Part shown: piece after piece, positions 23,101 to 32,859 of the stretch
How the letters are laid out: each line of letters opens with the position of its first letter
How positions within the stretch are numbered: position 1 is the first letter of the stretch
DNA from: an uncultured Clostridia bacterium
GTDB taxonomy: Bacteria > Bacillota > Clostridia > Christensenellales > UBA1242
Assembly (NCBI GenBank): GCA_944377485.1
Contig: CALWFB010000008.1
Span: 456 to 64,455, forward strand
Length of the DNA stretch: 64,000 bases
Direction of reading: 5' to 3'
Program-made: the position numbers and the translations under genes
The notes under the pieces: model-generated
The model's database searches: none
Told to the model about the DNA's origin: nothing
What the model saw: only the letters and a program-made list of their open reading frames with translations

Positions 23101-23240
23101 ATTTTTTCCTTTTTATTTATTATAACTAATTGCTAACTAATTAACAAGTAAATATTGAAATAACCTTATTAGTCTAATTTATAATTAAATGTTAAATAGT
23201 GCATATTCTATACTTAACAATTTTGTATCAAAATTTATAA

Positions 23241-23268
23241 ACAAAAAATAAGGCTTTCACCTTATTTT
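23241..23268 (-). terminator. Intrinsic terminator after rpmF
   Basis: Stem AATAAGG / CCTTATT (23247-23253, 23260-23266), flanked by A- and T-runs. Confidence 0.6.
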
Positions 23269-23460
23269 TTATTTACTTTCTTTTTTATCTAGATTAACAA
23301 CTTGTTCTCCATCATAATAACCACAATTTTTACATACTTGGTGAGCCACTTTCTTTTCATGACAATGTGGACATTCTACCAAAGTAGGAACAGTTGCTTT
23401 CCAATTCGCACGGCGTTTATCACGTCTTGCCTTTGATACTTTTCCCTTAGGAACTGCCAT
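23269..23460 (-). CDS. rpmF: 50S ribosomal protein L32 (zinc-ribbon form)
   Basis: N-terminus MAVPKGKVSKARRDKRR, plus CPHC...CKNC. Confidence 0.93.
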   Translation of the reverse strand: MAVPKGKVSKARRDKRRANWKATVPTLVECPHCHEKKVAHQVCKNCGYYDGEQVVNLDKKESK

Positions 23461-23715
23461 AATATAACCTCCATAATAATTTCGTGCTAATATTACTTAA
23501 ATTAATTTAATAAACTAAGCACACGACAAAATATGGAATAATTTTATCAAATTAAATTCTATTTGTCAATTGGTTATGGATAAGTTTTTTAAAATTTATA
23601 AAGTTAACAAATTTTTCATTAGATTTAATTATATTTATATACCTTTTAGATTCCAAATTACCGATTATTGTTTTATATATCTAGTATATATAATCATAAA
23701 TATACACTATATATA

Positions 23716-24903
23716 TTATTTTACAAGATTTGCAGTATCTAATGCAATCATATATTCTTCATCAGTTGGAACACGGTAAACTTTAACTTTGCTAGTAGGT
23801 TTTGTAATTTCAATAATTTTATCAAAAGGTTTGTGAAGTTTGATATTCTTTTCACTATCAAATTCTAAGCCTAGATATTCCATATCTTTACAGACAGCTT
23901 CTCGCACCAATTCATCTTTTTCTCCAATACCTGCTGTAAAGACAATAGCATCTACACCATTCATTGCTGCTGCGTATGCTCCAATATATTTTTTAATTGA
24001 ATAAACCATAACATCAAATGCTAATTTTACAACTTTATTATCTATATTTGCCTCTATATCTCGCATATCACTATATCCAGCAATACCTAATAGACCGCTC
24101 TTTTTATTTAATAGGTCAATAGCTTCATCTACTGAACAATTCTTTATGCTCATAATGTCTTTTATTATTGCAGGGTCAATATCTCCTGAACGAGTACCCA
24201 TCACAACTCCTGCAAGCGGAGTATATCCCATTGAAGTGTCGATACTCTTTCCATCTTTAATAGCACAGATACTGCTTCCACTTCCAATATGACAAGAAAT
24301 AATTTTCTTACCCTTCAAATCTCCAAATATTTCTTTACATTTCAGAGCTATATATCTATGACTTGTTCCATGTGCACCATATCTTCTAATCCCATTATTT
24401 TTATAAAACTCATATGGAAGGGCATAAATATACGCTTGCTCTGGCATTGTAGAATGGAATGCAGTGTCAAAAACTCCCACGTTTTTTACATTAGGCATCA
24501 ATTCTAAACACGCTTTGATACCTGACATGGCAGCTGGATTATGCAAAGGTGCAAAATGAATATAATTTTGCATATCGTCAAAAATTTCTTTTGTAATTAT
24601 AATTGATTTATTGTATTTTTCTCCAAGATTTACAATTCTATGTCCGATTGCTTTTATTTCATTTAAACTTTTTATTACACCCTTATCGCTACTAGTGAGT
24701 GTATCTAAAAATAATTTAAATGCTACTTTATGATTCGGCATATCAAAATCAATAACGAACTTTTCATTTGTCTTATATTCCATAAATGATTTGTCCAAAC
24801 CAATACGTTGACAGTATGCCTTGGCTAATACTTCACCACTATCTGTTTCCATTAATTGTGCTTTCAAACTACTACTTCCCGAATTTACTACTAAAACTTT
24901 CAT
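23716..24903 (-). CDS. ackA: Acetate kinase
   Basis: Contains VLVVNSGSSSLK, GHRIV, RYGAHGTSH and FTAGIGE. Confidence 0.95.
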   Translation of the reverse strand: MKVLVVNSGSSSLKAQLMETDSGEVLAKAYCQRIGLDKSFMEYKTNEKFVIDFDMPNHKVAFKLFLDTLTSSDKGVIKSLNEIKAIGHRIVNLGEKYNKSIIITKEIFDDMQNYIHFAPLHNPAAMSGIKACLELMPNVKNVGVFDTAFHSTMPEQAYIYALPYEFYKNNGIRRYGAHGTSHRYIALKCKEIFGDLKGKKIISCHIGSGSSICAIKDGKSIDTSMGYTPLAGVVMGTRSGDIDPAIIKDIMSIKNCSVDEAIDLLNKKSGLLGIAGYSDMRDIEANIDNKVVKLAFDVMVYSIKKYIGAYAAAMNGVDAIVFTAGIGEKDELVREAVCKDMEYLGLEFDSEKNIKLHKPFDKIIEITKPTSKVKVYRVPTDEEYMIALDTANLVK

Positions 24904-25083
24904 ATTCTCTCCTAAATATTGATAATCAGAATTATACCATAATTATATAAATTAACAAAATGATTTTTTAAAATTTGTCAAATCTTAATATAAATTTTTA
25001 TCATTTTTCCTAATTTTAAAATAAAAAAATATCATTTTACCACGGAAAAAGTTGATATAGTAAAATGATATTAATATTTTTAC

Positions 25084-26043
25084 CTAAACTAATAATTTTG
25101 TTATGCAAATAGTATTAATAATTTCCTCTACATTAGAACCACGGCTTAGGTCATTAACGGGCTTATTAAAATTCAGCATTATTGGACCAATCGCAGTATA
25201 TCCTCCCATGCGAGCAACTAATTTGTATCCAATGTTTCCAGCATTTAAGTCAGGGAAAACAAGTACATTTGCTTCTCCTCCAACTTTACTTGTCACACCT
25301 TTCTTTATAGCCGTTGATTTATCTAATGCTGAATCAACTTGCATCTCACCATCAATTAAATAGTTTGATTTTTTGTTAGCAAGTTCTGTTGCAATTCGGA
25401 CTTTGTCAACCATTTCACTCTTGGCACTTCCTTTTGTCGAATAACTTAGCATTGCCACTTTTGGTTCTAATTTTAATACCTTTTCTATAAATTCTGCACC
25501 AGATATTGCAATATCTGCCAAATTTTCACTGGTTGGATTTTCTATCAGTGACACATCAGCAAATACCTTTGGGTCTGCATTCTCTTTCACCATTAAAGTT
25601 ATGCCTGTCACAATTGGCTTGTCCTTCTTTGTCTTGATTACTTGAAGAGCAGGTCTTAATGTATCTGCTGTTGACCATGTAGCACCTGCAACTACCCCAT
25701 CTGCCAAACCTTCTTTTAATAACATCATTGAAAAATAATCTGCTCTTCTAACCAACTCATTGGCTTTATCCAATGTCATTCCCTTTGCTTTTCGTAATTC
25801 ATATAAATCACTTGCAAATTTATTTAAATCTTTAAATTCAGCAATATCTATAATTTGACAATTTTTCGTCTTGAAACTATCATCAAATTCATCTTCTTTT
25901 CCAAAAACAATCAATTTTGAAATTTTGTTATCCAATATTGATTTGCATGCATCATACACTCGCTTATCAATATTTGCTTCGGGAACTATTATAGTTGCTT
26001 TTACTTTGCTTGCTCTCTTTTTAATCTCATCAATTATTTTCAT
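25084..26043 (-). CDS. pta: Phosphate acetyltransferase (short form)
   Basis: Near-collinear with Bacillus Pta: STADTLRPALQVIKTK, MLSYSTKGSAKS, FPDLNAGNIGYK and VNDLSRG. Confidence 0.93.
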   Translation of the reverse strand: MKIIDEIKKRASKVKATIIVPEANIDKRVYDACKSILDNKISKLIVFGKEDEFDDSFKTKNCQIIDIAEFKDLNKFASDLYELRKAKGMTLDKANELVRRADYFSMMLLKEGLADGVVAGATWSTADTLRPALQVIKTKKDKPIVTGITLMVKENADPKVFADVSLIENPTSENLADIAISGAEFIEKVLKLEPKVAMLSYSTKGSAKSEMVDKVRIATELANKKSNYLIDGEMQVDSALDKSTAIKKGVTSKVGGEANVLVFPDLNAGNIGYKLVARMGGYTAIGPIMLNFNKPVNDLSRGSNVEEIINTICITKLLV

Positions 26044-26055
26044 TTTTTCTCCTAA

Positions 26056-26931
26056 TTAATTGCTCTTTTTATTATTCGTTTTTTTAGTATCAATTTTCTG
26101 TGTTCGTTTTGATTTAACCTTAATACTTGTATCATTTTCAATTTCTAATAATTTTTTTATTTCAGATAAATATTTGCGTGTGATACTCACTCCTTTATTT
26201 ATTGCCTTTTGGGCAGCTTTTTTTGAAAAGTCTAATTGACTAACATGTGGTTGAGTTATAGCCATTCGTAAACCTGCAAGTTTTGGTTTACTATTAGCAA
26301 TTGTCTGAGTCATCAACGTAGAAGCATTCATAATTGTTTCTATTGTTTTCATCCTTAATTTTTCTACCTGCTTACTATATTCACCAATCACATCAACAGA
26401 TAAAATTACTGCATCTGGCATGTATTTTTTAGCAACGTCTTCTGGTAAATTATTTAATAATCCGCCATCTACATAAATATGTTCTCCAACTTTAAATCTA
26501 GGAAATACTCCTGGAATCGAAATACTAGCAAGAATACTATCTTTCACTAATCCTGAATCAAAATGATGTTCTTCACCTAAATTTAATTCAGTGGCAACAG
26601 ATACAAATTTTATTTTACAATCTTCATGAGTTTTATCTTTTAATTCTCTATCTAATAATCTTTTTACTTTATCAACATTTAAGACATTGTCTTTAAATAA
26701 TGTAGAATACAAACTAAATGGTCCGAGATTATTGAATTTGAACGCCATATTTTCAAGTTGTTCAATAGAAAAACCAGCCGAATAAAATCCGCCAACCAAT
26801 GCACCCATAGAAGTACCCACTATAATATCTGGTCTTATACCATTCTTTTCTAATACTTTAAGTACACCTATATGTGCATAGCCTTTTGAAGAACCTCCAC
26901 CTAAAACTAATGCTAATTTTTTCATATCCAC
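26056..26931 (-). CDS. Patatin-like phospholipase
   Basis: Has the GGGSSKGYAHIGV oxyanion motif, the GTSMGA nucleophile elbow, a DGG and a Lys-rich tail. The true start may be the ATG at 26925. Confidence 0.85.
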   Translation of the reverse strand: MDMKKLALVLGGGSSKGYAHIGVLKVLEKNGIRPDIIVGTSMGALVGGFYSAGFSIEQLENMAFKFNNLGPFSLYSTLFKDNVLNVDKVKRLLDRELKDKTHEDCKIKFVSVATELNLGEEHHFDSGLVKDSILASISIPGVFPRFKVGEHIYVDGGLLNNLPEDVAKKYMPDAVILSVDVIGEYSKQVEKLRMKTIETIMNASTLMTQTIANSKPKLAGLRMAITQPHVSQLDFSKKAAQKAINKGVSITRKYLSEIKKLLEIENDTSIKVKSKRTQKIDTKKTNNKKSN

Positions 26932-26954
26932 CCCAATATCTAATATAATTATAT

Positions 26955-27923
26955 ATGATTAAATTTTTAAAATCAAACAAAATTATTATTTTACTAATAT
27001 TATTTGTATGCATTATTTTTATTTTAAATCCAGAGTTGTATTCTAAGTCATGTTTAAATGCAATTTCTGTCTGGACTTTAAAAGTATTACCAGTGCTTTT
27101 TCCCTTTTTTGTCTTTACAAGAATTATTGTTAACTTATCCGAATTCAAAACCAACAAAATGGACAAGTTCTTCAATAATATATATAGAGTACCTAAATTT
27201 GGTTTCAAAATATTTTTGTTATCAGTTATTTCTGGTTATCCTATGGGAGCTAAATTAATATGTACTTTAAACGAACAGGGCATTATTCAAAAAAAAGAAG
27301 CAGAAAAAATGATGTCATTTTGTTCTGTCAGCGGACCAATGTTTATAATTGGTACAGTTGGAGTAAATATCTTTTTGTCATACAAAGCCGGATTAATTAT
27401 TTTAGTCGCAAATATTATAGCAGCATTAATTAATGGTTTAATATATAGAAAAGATAAATATGTAGAAAAAGAGGTTTCATATTCTGGGAAAAAGAATGAT
27501 AATATTTTATCAAGCAGTGTATACGATGCCACGCTCTCAATATTAATGGTGTGTGCCTATATCGTAATAAGTTTTTTAATTATTGATGTTTTAATTAATT
27601 TACATGTGATAGATAATCTATCAAATGCTATCTGTACAATATTTAATTGTCCTCAAAATTTTGATACTATAAAGTCTTCCATTATCGGAATATTTGAAAT
27701 CACACGAGGTATCATCGAATTAAATAATGTAAATATCAGTTTAACATTAAAAACAATAATTGCTAGTGGTTTAATTGGATTTGGCGGTATCAGTATATTA
27801 TTACAATCCTTATCTTTTTTGAACCAATTAAATATTTCAACAAAAACTATTGTAAAACAAAAAACAACACAAGCATTATTATGTTTAATAATTACAATTC
27901 CTTTGGCAATAATTTTTATCTAG
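26955..27923 (+). CDS. YlbJ-like / nucleoside-recognition-domain integral membrane protein
   Basis: Polytopic membrane protein. Contains WTLKVLPVLFPFFVF and SGYPMGAKL segments typical of the YlbJ family. Confidence 0.6.
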   Translation: MIKFLKSNKIIILLILFVCIIFILNPELYSKSCLNAISVWTLKVLPVLFPFFVFTRIIVNLSEFKTNKMDKFFNNIYRVPKFGFKIFLLSVISGYPMGAKLICTLNEQGIIQKKEAEKMMSFCSVSGPMFIIGTVGVNIFLSYKAGLIILVANIIAALINGLIYRKDKYVEKEVSYSGKKNDNILSSSVYDATLSILMVCAYIVISFLIIDVLINLHVIDNLSNAICTIFNCPQNFDTIKSSIIGIFEITRGIIELNNVNISLTLKTIIASGLIGFGGISILLQSLSFLNQLNISTKTIVKQKTTQALLCLIITIPLAIIFI

Positions 27924-27980
27924 TAAATTATTTGACTTTATTTTATTTTTTATATAAAATTAAAATAATAGAGGTATTAT

Positions 27981-28526
27981 ATGAAGTTCAAAAAACTTGA
28001 ATATCAACATAAAGACATTCCATTTTTAAAAAAAGACACTATATATAGAATGATATTTATGTGCTTATTTTTTATTATATTTATTTGGCAACTGATTTCT
28101 ATGTTTACAAATTATTTCAATGATACCTTATCTACTTTAATGTTAGTAATCAGTGTTTGTGTATTGCTTACTTCTCTAACTCTTACCCTAACAGGATTGT
28201 TTTATGCATTTAAAAACATCAATATTATGAATCAAATCAGGCATACAGGGAAAGCGGTTAGAACAATTAGTGTAATATCCAACAATAAGAAAGGAAGTTT
28301 TTTGAAAATATTTAATATATTATCAAAATTTATTGCTTTTGTTATGCTCATCGTACTGGTTTGTGGAGTCACTTACTCTGTATTAGAAATTATATATTAT
28401 TCTTCTATAACATTCTATATGCCGATATTAATCCTATTTGCAATCAGCGGATTCAATAGTGTGTATCATATTAAAATTGAAATGGCAACAATACAAAATG
28501 TCCAAGAATACAATGCACTATATTAA
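27981..28526 (+). CDS. Hypothetical membrane protein (about 4 TM helices)
   Basis: Has hydrophobic helices and GAGG about 7 nt upstream of the ATG. No recognisable family. Confidence 0.5.
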   Translation: MKFKKLEYQHKDIPFLKKDTIYRMIFMCLFFIIFIWQLISMFTNYFNDTLSTLMLVISVCVLLTSLTLTLTGLFYAFKNINIMNQIRHTGKAVRTISVISNNKKGSFLKIFNILSKFIAFVMLIVLVCGVTYSVLEIIYYSSITFYMPILILFAISGFNSVYHIKIEMATIQNVQEYNALY

Positions 28527-28540
28527 AAATAGAAATTTAC

Positions 28541-28570
28541 AAAAAAACACATGAATTCATGTGTTTTTTG
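28541..28570. terminator. Bidirectional terminator between convergent genes
   Basis: Palindrome ACACATGA-at-TCATGTGT (28547-28564), flanked by A7 and T6. Confidence 0.7.
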
Positions 28571-28603
28571 TTTTTTATTTAAAAGATTTATTATTAATAA
28601 CTT

Positions 28604-31600
28604 TTAACTAACTTTTGTATAAACTGTATATTCTCCATCAATAGATTTTGTGAAGTTTACACTATTTTCAAGATAGCTATTTGAGCTCTCTCCAATACAA
28701 CTGGTCAACACTCTAACAACTGTTGCATCTTGTAATAAATAGCCACATTGATTATATCCAGTGCCAGCATTTTTATAGGCATAATTGCTCTCTATCGTCA
28801 CACTTGTCAAATTACAGCCAGAGAATGCATAACTTCCTATGCTGGTGACACTATCTGGTATTGTTATGCTTGTCAGTCCTGTACAGTAAGAGAATGCAGA
28901 ATATCCTATGCTGGTCAATCTTTCTGGAAGTGTTATACTGGTGAGTCTGCTACAGCCTCTGAATGCATAATCTCCTATGCTGGTGACACTCTCTGGGATT
29001 GTGATGCTTGTCAGCCCTGTACAGTTTCTAAATGCAGAATATCCTATGCTGGTGACACTCTCTGGTATTGTTATGCTTGTCAGTCCTTCACAGTCAGAGA
29101 ATGCATAACTTCCTATGCTGGTCACTTGACTACCTATTGTCACTTTTGTGAGACTTTTACATCCTTGGAATACACCAGTCTTGATTGTCGTTGCAGAATC
29201 AAAATTAACTTCTGTCACAAGTTTATCATCATTCACAAATAGATTGGCTCCATTAGATAATGGATTAGCACTAGAACCACCAAATGATATATCTATCCAT
29301 TCTTCTATTGTTCCTTCGTAATATACATTCGCTAAGTTGTCGCATCCATAGAATGCAGAATCTCCTATGCTGGTGACACTATCTGGTATTGTGATGCTTG
29401 TCAGTCCTGTACAGCCATAGAATGCAGAACTTCCTATGCGTGTGACGCTCTCTTGCATTGTTATGCTTGTCAGCTCTGTACAGTTTCTAAATGCAGAACT
29501 TCCTATGCTTGTGACGCTCTCTGGAATTGTGATGCTAGTGAGTCCTGTACAGCCATAGAATGCATATTCTCCTATGCTGGTCACTTGACTACCTATTGTC
29601 ACTTTTGTGAGACTAATACATCCATAAAATACATAAGCATTAATCGTTGTTGCTGTATCTATATTGATTTCTGTCACCAATTCATCGCCATTTACATATA
29701 GATTGGCTCCTTTATTTAATGGATTAGCAGTGGAATCACTAAAGGATATTGCTACCCATTCATCTATCATGCCCTCATAATATACATCTGTTAATTTAGA
29801 ACACATTCTAAATGCATTAGTTCCAATATATTCCACACTTTTTGGTATTGAAACAGTAATAATATTGTCTCCATTAAATATAGAAGAATATAAAAATCTA
29901 CAATTTTCATCAATGATAACATCTGTTAAGGTTGTATCTTCCATGCCCATCAGTAATAAAAATGGATTGATATCATTCCCTAAATATTTTAAACCATCTT
30001 TTACATTATATTCTAAGTTATTATTAGGACGAAATAAATCTTCTCCTATACTAATTAAACTATTAGGTAGGTTTATTTCTGTCAGCTCATCCAATGCCCT
30101 AAATGCACAATCTCCAATTTCAATACATTTGCTATTTTCATCAAATTTAATAGACAAAATTTTAGGTCTAGTTGATGACCATGAATTTGATGCATACGGA
30201 TTAAATAAATATGCTGGTATTCTTTCAACACTAGCACCTATATTTACTACTATACCAGAAGCATCTCTGCCAGCATTATCAAATATATTATTTCCGAGCA
30301 TAGAAGGTGTTAAATCTAGAACACTAATGGCATTGTAATTTATTTCTATTAATCCAGTACAATCTTTAAATGCATTATCCCTTATTGAAACAAGTGATTC
30401 TGGAAGTGTTATGCTAGTTAGACTTTCACATCCACTAAATGAACCTATCCCAATATCAATAATTTTATTAGGAATATTTATATTAATTAAATTAGTACAG
30501 TCACTGAATGCATAATCTCCTATCATCACGATTGAATCTGGTAATACTACGGATGTTAAATTCGTTTGTCCTTCAAATGCTCTCGGTCCAATAGATACAA
30601 CTTGATAATCAATACCTTCCACAACATTTCCGCTTTCATCTAGTGAATATGTAGCTGGTATTTCTATTTCTGTTTCTGTACCTAAATAAGAGATAAGAAC
30701 GCCATTTCTAATCTCAAAATCTAAATTTATAGCTTTTTCTTCACTGTATTCTATTAATATGTTATCAATTACTTGATACATATTTGTTTCGCCAATTCTT
30801 TTCGCTCCACTTACTGAAAAACTGTTTGTCACGTATCCAGGACTCGCTTTATATGTTATCTCTACTATATCTCCATAGTGCAGTGTATTACTTCCTGTTA
30901 ATTCTATCCCTTCACTGTTCTTTATTACTACTTGGCTCGGTATCTTGTTTATTCTGTATTCTATGTATTCTTCTGTGAAACTTGCATATACATCTTTATC
31001 TACTATTATGTTTGTTAAGTCTACTGGCTTTCCTTCCTTATCTACCCAGCCTGCAAAGGTATAGTTGTATGTCGGTGTACTATGTTTGGTTGGTATCTCT
31101 TTGTATGTACTATCTTGATTGTATGCCACTTCCTCTATCTTGTATATCGTCTCGCCTGTCTCATCATAGAACGTTATTGTATAGGTATTGATTGCTACTC
31201 CTTCTACTTCGATTATTATATCATCTTTTACTGTCAATGTGTAATAGCCATTGCTATCTGCCTTAATTATCTCCCCATTCGCTTTGACTGTTATCTCACT
31301 TTCAGTATATCCTGCATTTAAGTTGATTTTAAACTGATACTCAGTATTATATTCTATATTTACTTGATTACCTTCGATTGCTTCTCCCTCTATTGTAAAT
31401 GCGGGACTTGTTGGAAATTTGAGTGAGTATATATTTATTTCATACTTAGCATATATCTGCATGTCTCCACGCACTCGGTCATTCTCTCCATATGGTTGTG
31501 TCAATTTCGCATCTTTATAAAATCCTACAAATGTATATCCTTCTATCTGTTGTGCAGTTAGATTACGTATATATACACCTCTCTTTACATTTATTGTATA

Positions 31601-31999
31601 TTCTTCTACTATATCCGTATTCGTTAAAACATTAACATCAAATTTCCTTCGTGACAAATAAAGAACAGTTGGCACTGCGATTGCTGTCGCTATTAAAACT
31701 GTTGCAGTAGTCGCTACTGCTATCTTCTTCCTTTTATTGCTCTTTGGTGTATTTTTCTTTATTTTTTCTTCTTGACTTTGTAAAGTTAAATCATCTTTTG
31801 ATGATTTTACTGTCTCTTTTTCATGCTTTATGTTTTTACTATTCACTTTCTTTATATCATTAGAATTCTTTAAACTTGAATTTGATTTTAGTTCAATATT
31901 ATTTGTTTCCAATGAATTATTATTTTTACTGCTATCATTCTTAGAATTAGGTAAAGTTGATGATTTTTTTGAAATATTTTTCCCCTTCTCGTTGTTCAT
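28604..31999 (-). CDS. Large surface protein: N-terminal signal-anchor, Listeria-Bacteroides repeat (Flg_new-type) domains and a long BspA-type leucine-rich repeat array
   Basis: 1131 aa. A K/S/N-rich N-terminus precedes a TM helix IAVATTATVLIATAIAVPTVLYL (aa 93-115). YTFVGFYKD and YNYTFAGWVDKEG motifs are present. Many about 23-aa units of the type LTSITIPESVTSIGxxAFxxCTG follow. There is no LPXTG. SD AAAGGAGA lies before the ATG. Confidence 0.85.
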   Translation of the reverse strand: MNNEKGKNISKKSSTLPNSKNDSSKNNNSLETNNIELKSNSSLKNSNDIKKVNSKNIKHEKETVKSSKDDLTLQSQEEKIKKNTPKSNKRKKIAVATTATVLIATAIAVPTVLYLSRRKFDVNVLTNTDIVEEYTINVKRGVYIRNLTAQQIEGYTFVGFYKDAKLTQPYGENDRVRGDMQIYAKYEINIYSLKFPTSPAFTIEGEAIEGNQVNIEYNTEYQFKINLNAGYTESEITVKANGEIIKADSNGYYTLTVKDDIIIEVEGVAINTYTITFYDETGETIYKIEEVAYNQDSTYKEIPTKHSTPTYNYTFAGWVDKEGKPVDLTNIIVDKDVYASFTEEYIEYRINKIPSQVVIKNSEGIELTGSNTLHYGDIVEITYKASPGYVTNSFSVSGAKRIGETNMYQVIDNILIEYSEEKAINLDFEIRNGVLISYLGTETEIEIPATYSLDESGNVVEGIDYQVVSIGPRAFEGQTNLTSVVLPDSIVMIGDYAFSDCTNLININIPNKIIDIGIGSFSGCESLTSITLPESLVSIRDNAFKDCTGLIEINYNAISVLDLTPSMLGNNIFDNAGRDASGIVVNIGASVERIPAYLFNPYASNSWSSTRPKILSIKFDENSKCIEIGDCAFRALDELTEINLPNSLISIGEDLFRPNNNLEYNVKDGLKYLGNDINPFLLLMGMEDTTLTDVIIDENCRFLYSSIFNGDNIITVSIPKSVEYIGTNAFRMCSKLTDVYYEGMIDEWVAISFSDSTANPLNKGANLYVNGDELVTEINIDTATTINAYVFYGCISLTKVTIGSQVTSIGEYAFYGCTGLTSITIPESVTSIGSSAFRNCTELTSITMQESVTRIGSSAFYGCTGLTSITIPDSVTSIGDSAFYGCDNLANVYYEGTIEEWIDISFGGSSANPLSNGANLFVNDDKLVTEVNFDSATTIKTGVFQGCKSLTKVTIGSQVTSIGSYAFSDCEGLTSITIPESVTSIGYSAFRNCTGLTSITIPESVTSIGDYAFRGCSRLTSITLPERLTSIGYSAFSYCTGLTSITIPDSVTSIGSYAFSGCNLTSVTIESNYAYKNAGTGYNQCGYLLQDATVVRVLTSCIGESSNSYLENSVNFTKSIDGEYTVYTKVS
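28870..29787 (-). repeat. In-frame 459-bp (153-codon) tandem duplication inside the LRR gene, itself built from 69-bp LRR units
   Basis: An identical 44-nt string, cctatgctggtcacttgactacctattgtcacttttgtgagact, starts at 29112 and at 29571 (offset 459). Both copies start with YYEG(M/T)I(D/E)EW and end in TSITIPESVTSIG units. Confidence 0.85.
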
Positions 32000-32041
32000 T
32001 TATTCTCCTTTATCTTAGTTTTAGTATTAAACTATTATTTA

Positions 32042-32057
32042 TACTATTGCAATAGTA
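32042..32057. promoter_or_regulatory. Perfect 16-bp palindrome TACTATTGCAATAGTA in the LRR-gene promoter region (candidate operator)
   Basis: Perfect dyad about 45 nt upstream of the ATG at 31999. It overlaps a possible -10 TACTAT, paired with TTGACT at 32076-32081 (18-nt spacer). Confidence 0.35.
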
Positions 32058-32204
32058 CACTCTATCATAAATAAAAGTCAACTATTTCAATATGCCATAT
32101 AAAATTTTATAAATTTTTTATATTAAACATAATTTTTTATATAAACATTTAAAATAAAAGAAAAACAAATAATAAAGCTATATAATTAGATTTTATACTT
32201 TATT

Positions 32205-32741
32205 TTAATTATCAATAATTCTGCTATAAATATACTCATAGACGTTCGCAGCTAGTTCACGCCAACGCTTGCATGCAACAGTTGCATTATGTCTAGTATC
32301 CGTCTTTAATTTTAATGAAAATATTGAATCTGTCGTTAAAGGTTCTAGGATTTTCAAATCAACTGTATAACTACCATCTTCATTTTTATAAGATTTGGCC
32401 ACGTACTCCTGATTGCGCTTAAATTGCATTTTGTTCTCTTGTGCAAAATGTGAAATATTATCCCTAAGGCTAGCAGGAATACGAGTATAAAATTGCGACA
32501 AACATTCTCTACCTGCAACCGTAATATAATATCTATTTTCATCGCTGTCTGTATTTGGTTTGTACACAAACTTAGAAGATATCAATTGTGATAACAAATC
32601 TTTACAATCCATCCAATTAACCCAATTGTTTTGACTAGAACAAATTTCCAAAATAGAATTTTCCGTAAGAGGAATTTCCATTTTGTCTAAAACATATAAC
32701 AATATCAATTTATTTACAGTATTATCAGGTACAAAATCCAT
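32205..32741 (-). CDS. DUF4364-like small cytoplasmic protein (possible winged-helix regulator)
   Basis: 178 aa. Size and the N-terminal NKLILLYVLDKMEIPLTENSILEI segment recall the DUF4364 family. The assignment is from memory, not from a search. Confidence 0.45.
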   Translation of the reverse strand: MDFVPDNTVNKLILLYVLDKMEIPLTENSILEICSSQNNWVNWMDCKDLLSQLISSKFVYKPNTDSDENRYYITVAGRECLSQFYTRIPASLRDNISHFAQENKMQFKRNQEYVAKSYKNEDGSYTVDLKILEPLTTDSIFSLKLKTDTRHNATVACKRWRELAANVYEYIYSRIIDN

Positions 32742-32762
32742 AATTTATCCTTCGTTGGTATA

Positions 32763-32791
32763 ATTATACAATATTATTTATAAAATTACAA
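32763..32791 (-). promoter_or_regulatory. Sigma-A-type promoter for the DUF4364-like gene
   Basis: On the minus strand: TTGTAA, 17 nt, TATAAT, then a 21-nt leader with AAGGA before the ATG at 32741. Confidence 0.5.
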
Positions 32792-32814
32792 CTTTTTAAA
32801 AGAGGTTAAATTCC

Positions 32815-32843
32815 TTGCTAATGAATTTTAATTTTGATATAAT
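32815..32843 (+). promoter_or_regulatory. Sigma-A-type extended -10 promoter for the 32860 gene
   Basis: TTGCTA, 17 nt, TGATATAAT. GGAG lies at 32851 and the ATG at 32860. Confidence 0.55.
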
Positions 32844-32859
32844 TAATTTAGGAGAATGT

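Noticed and set aside
23570-23779. 69-aa plus-strand ORF in the ackA-rpmF spacer.
   Set aside because: It overlaps the ackA 3' end antisense and the AT-rich spacer that contains the rpmF promoter (TTGACA-17 nt-TGATAAAAT on the minus strand). It has no SD.
26858-27208. 116-aa minus-strand ORF spanning the patatin start and the YlbJ-like gene start.
   Set aside because: It overlaps two better-supported genes and has no family resemblance.
28790-29560. The regular 69-bp repeats, considered as a possible CRISPR array or satellite.
   Set aside because: The repeats are in-frame coding LRR units with no unique spacers of constant length, and no cas genes are nearby.
28748-31321. Cys/Tyr-rich plus-strand ORFs (28748-29242, 29453-29701, 29865-30338, 30784-31321) opposite the LRR gene.
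   Set aside because: They are antisense images of the repetitive LRR coding sequence, and their repeats simply mirror the 69-bp units. There are no start signals.
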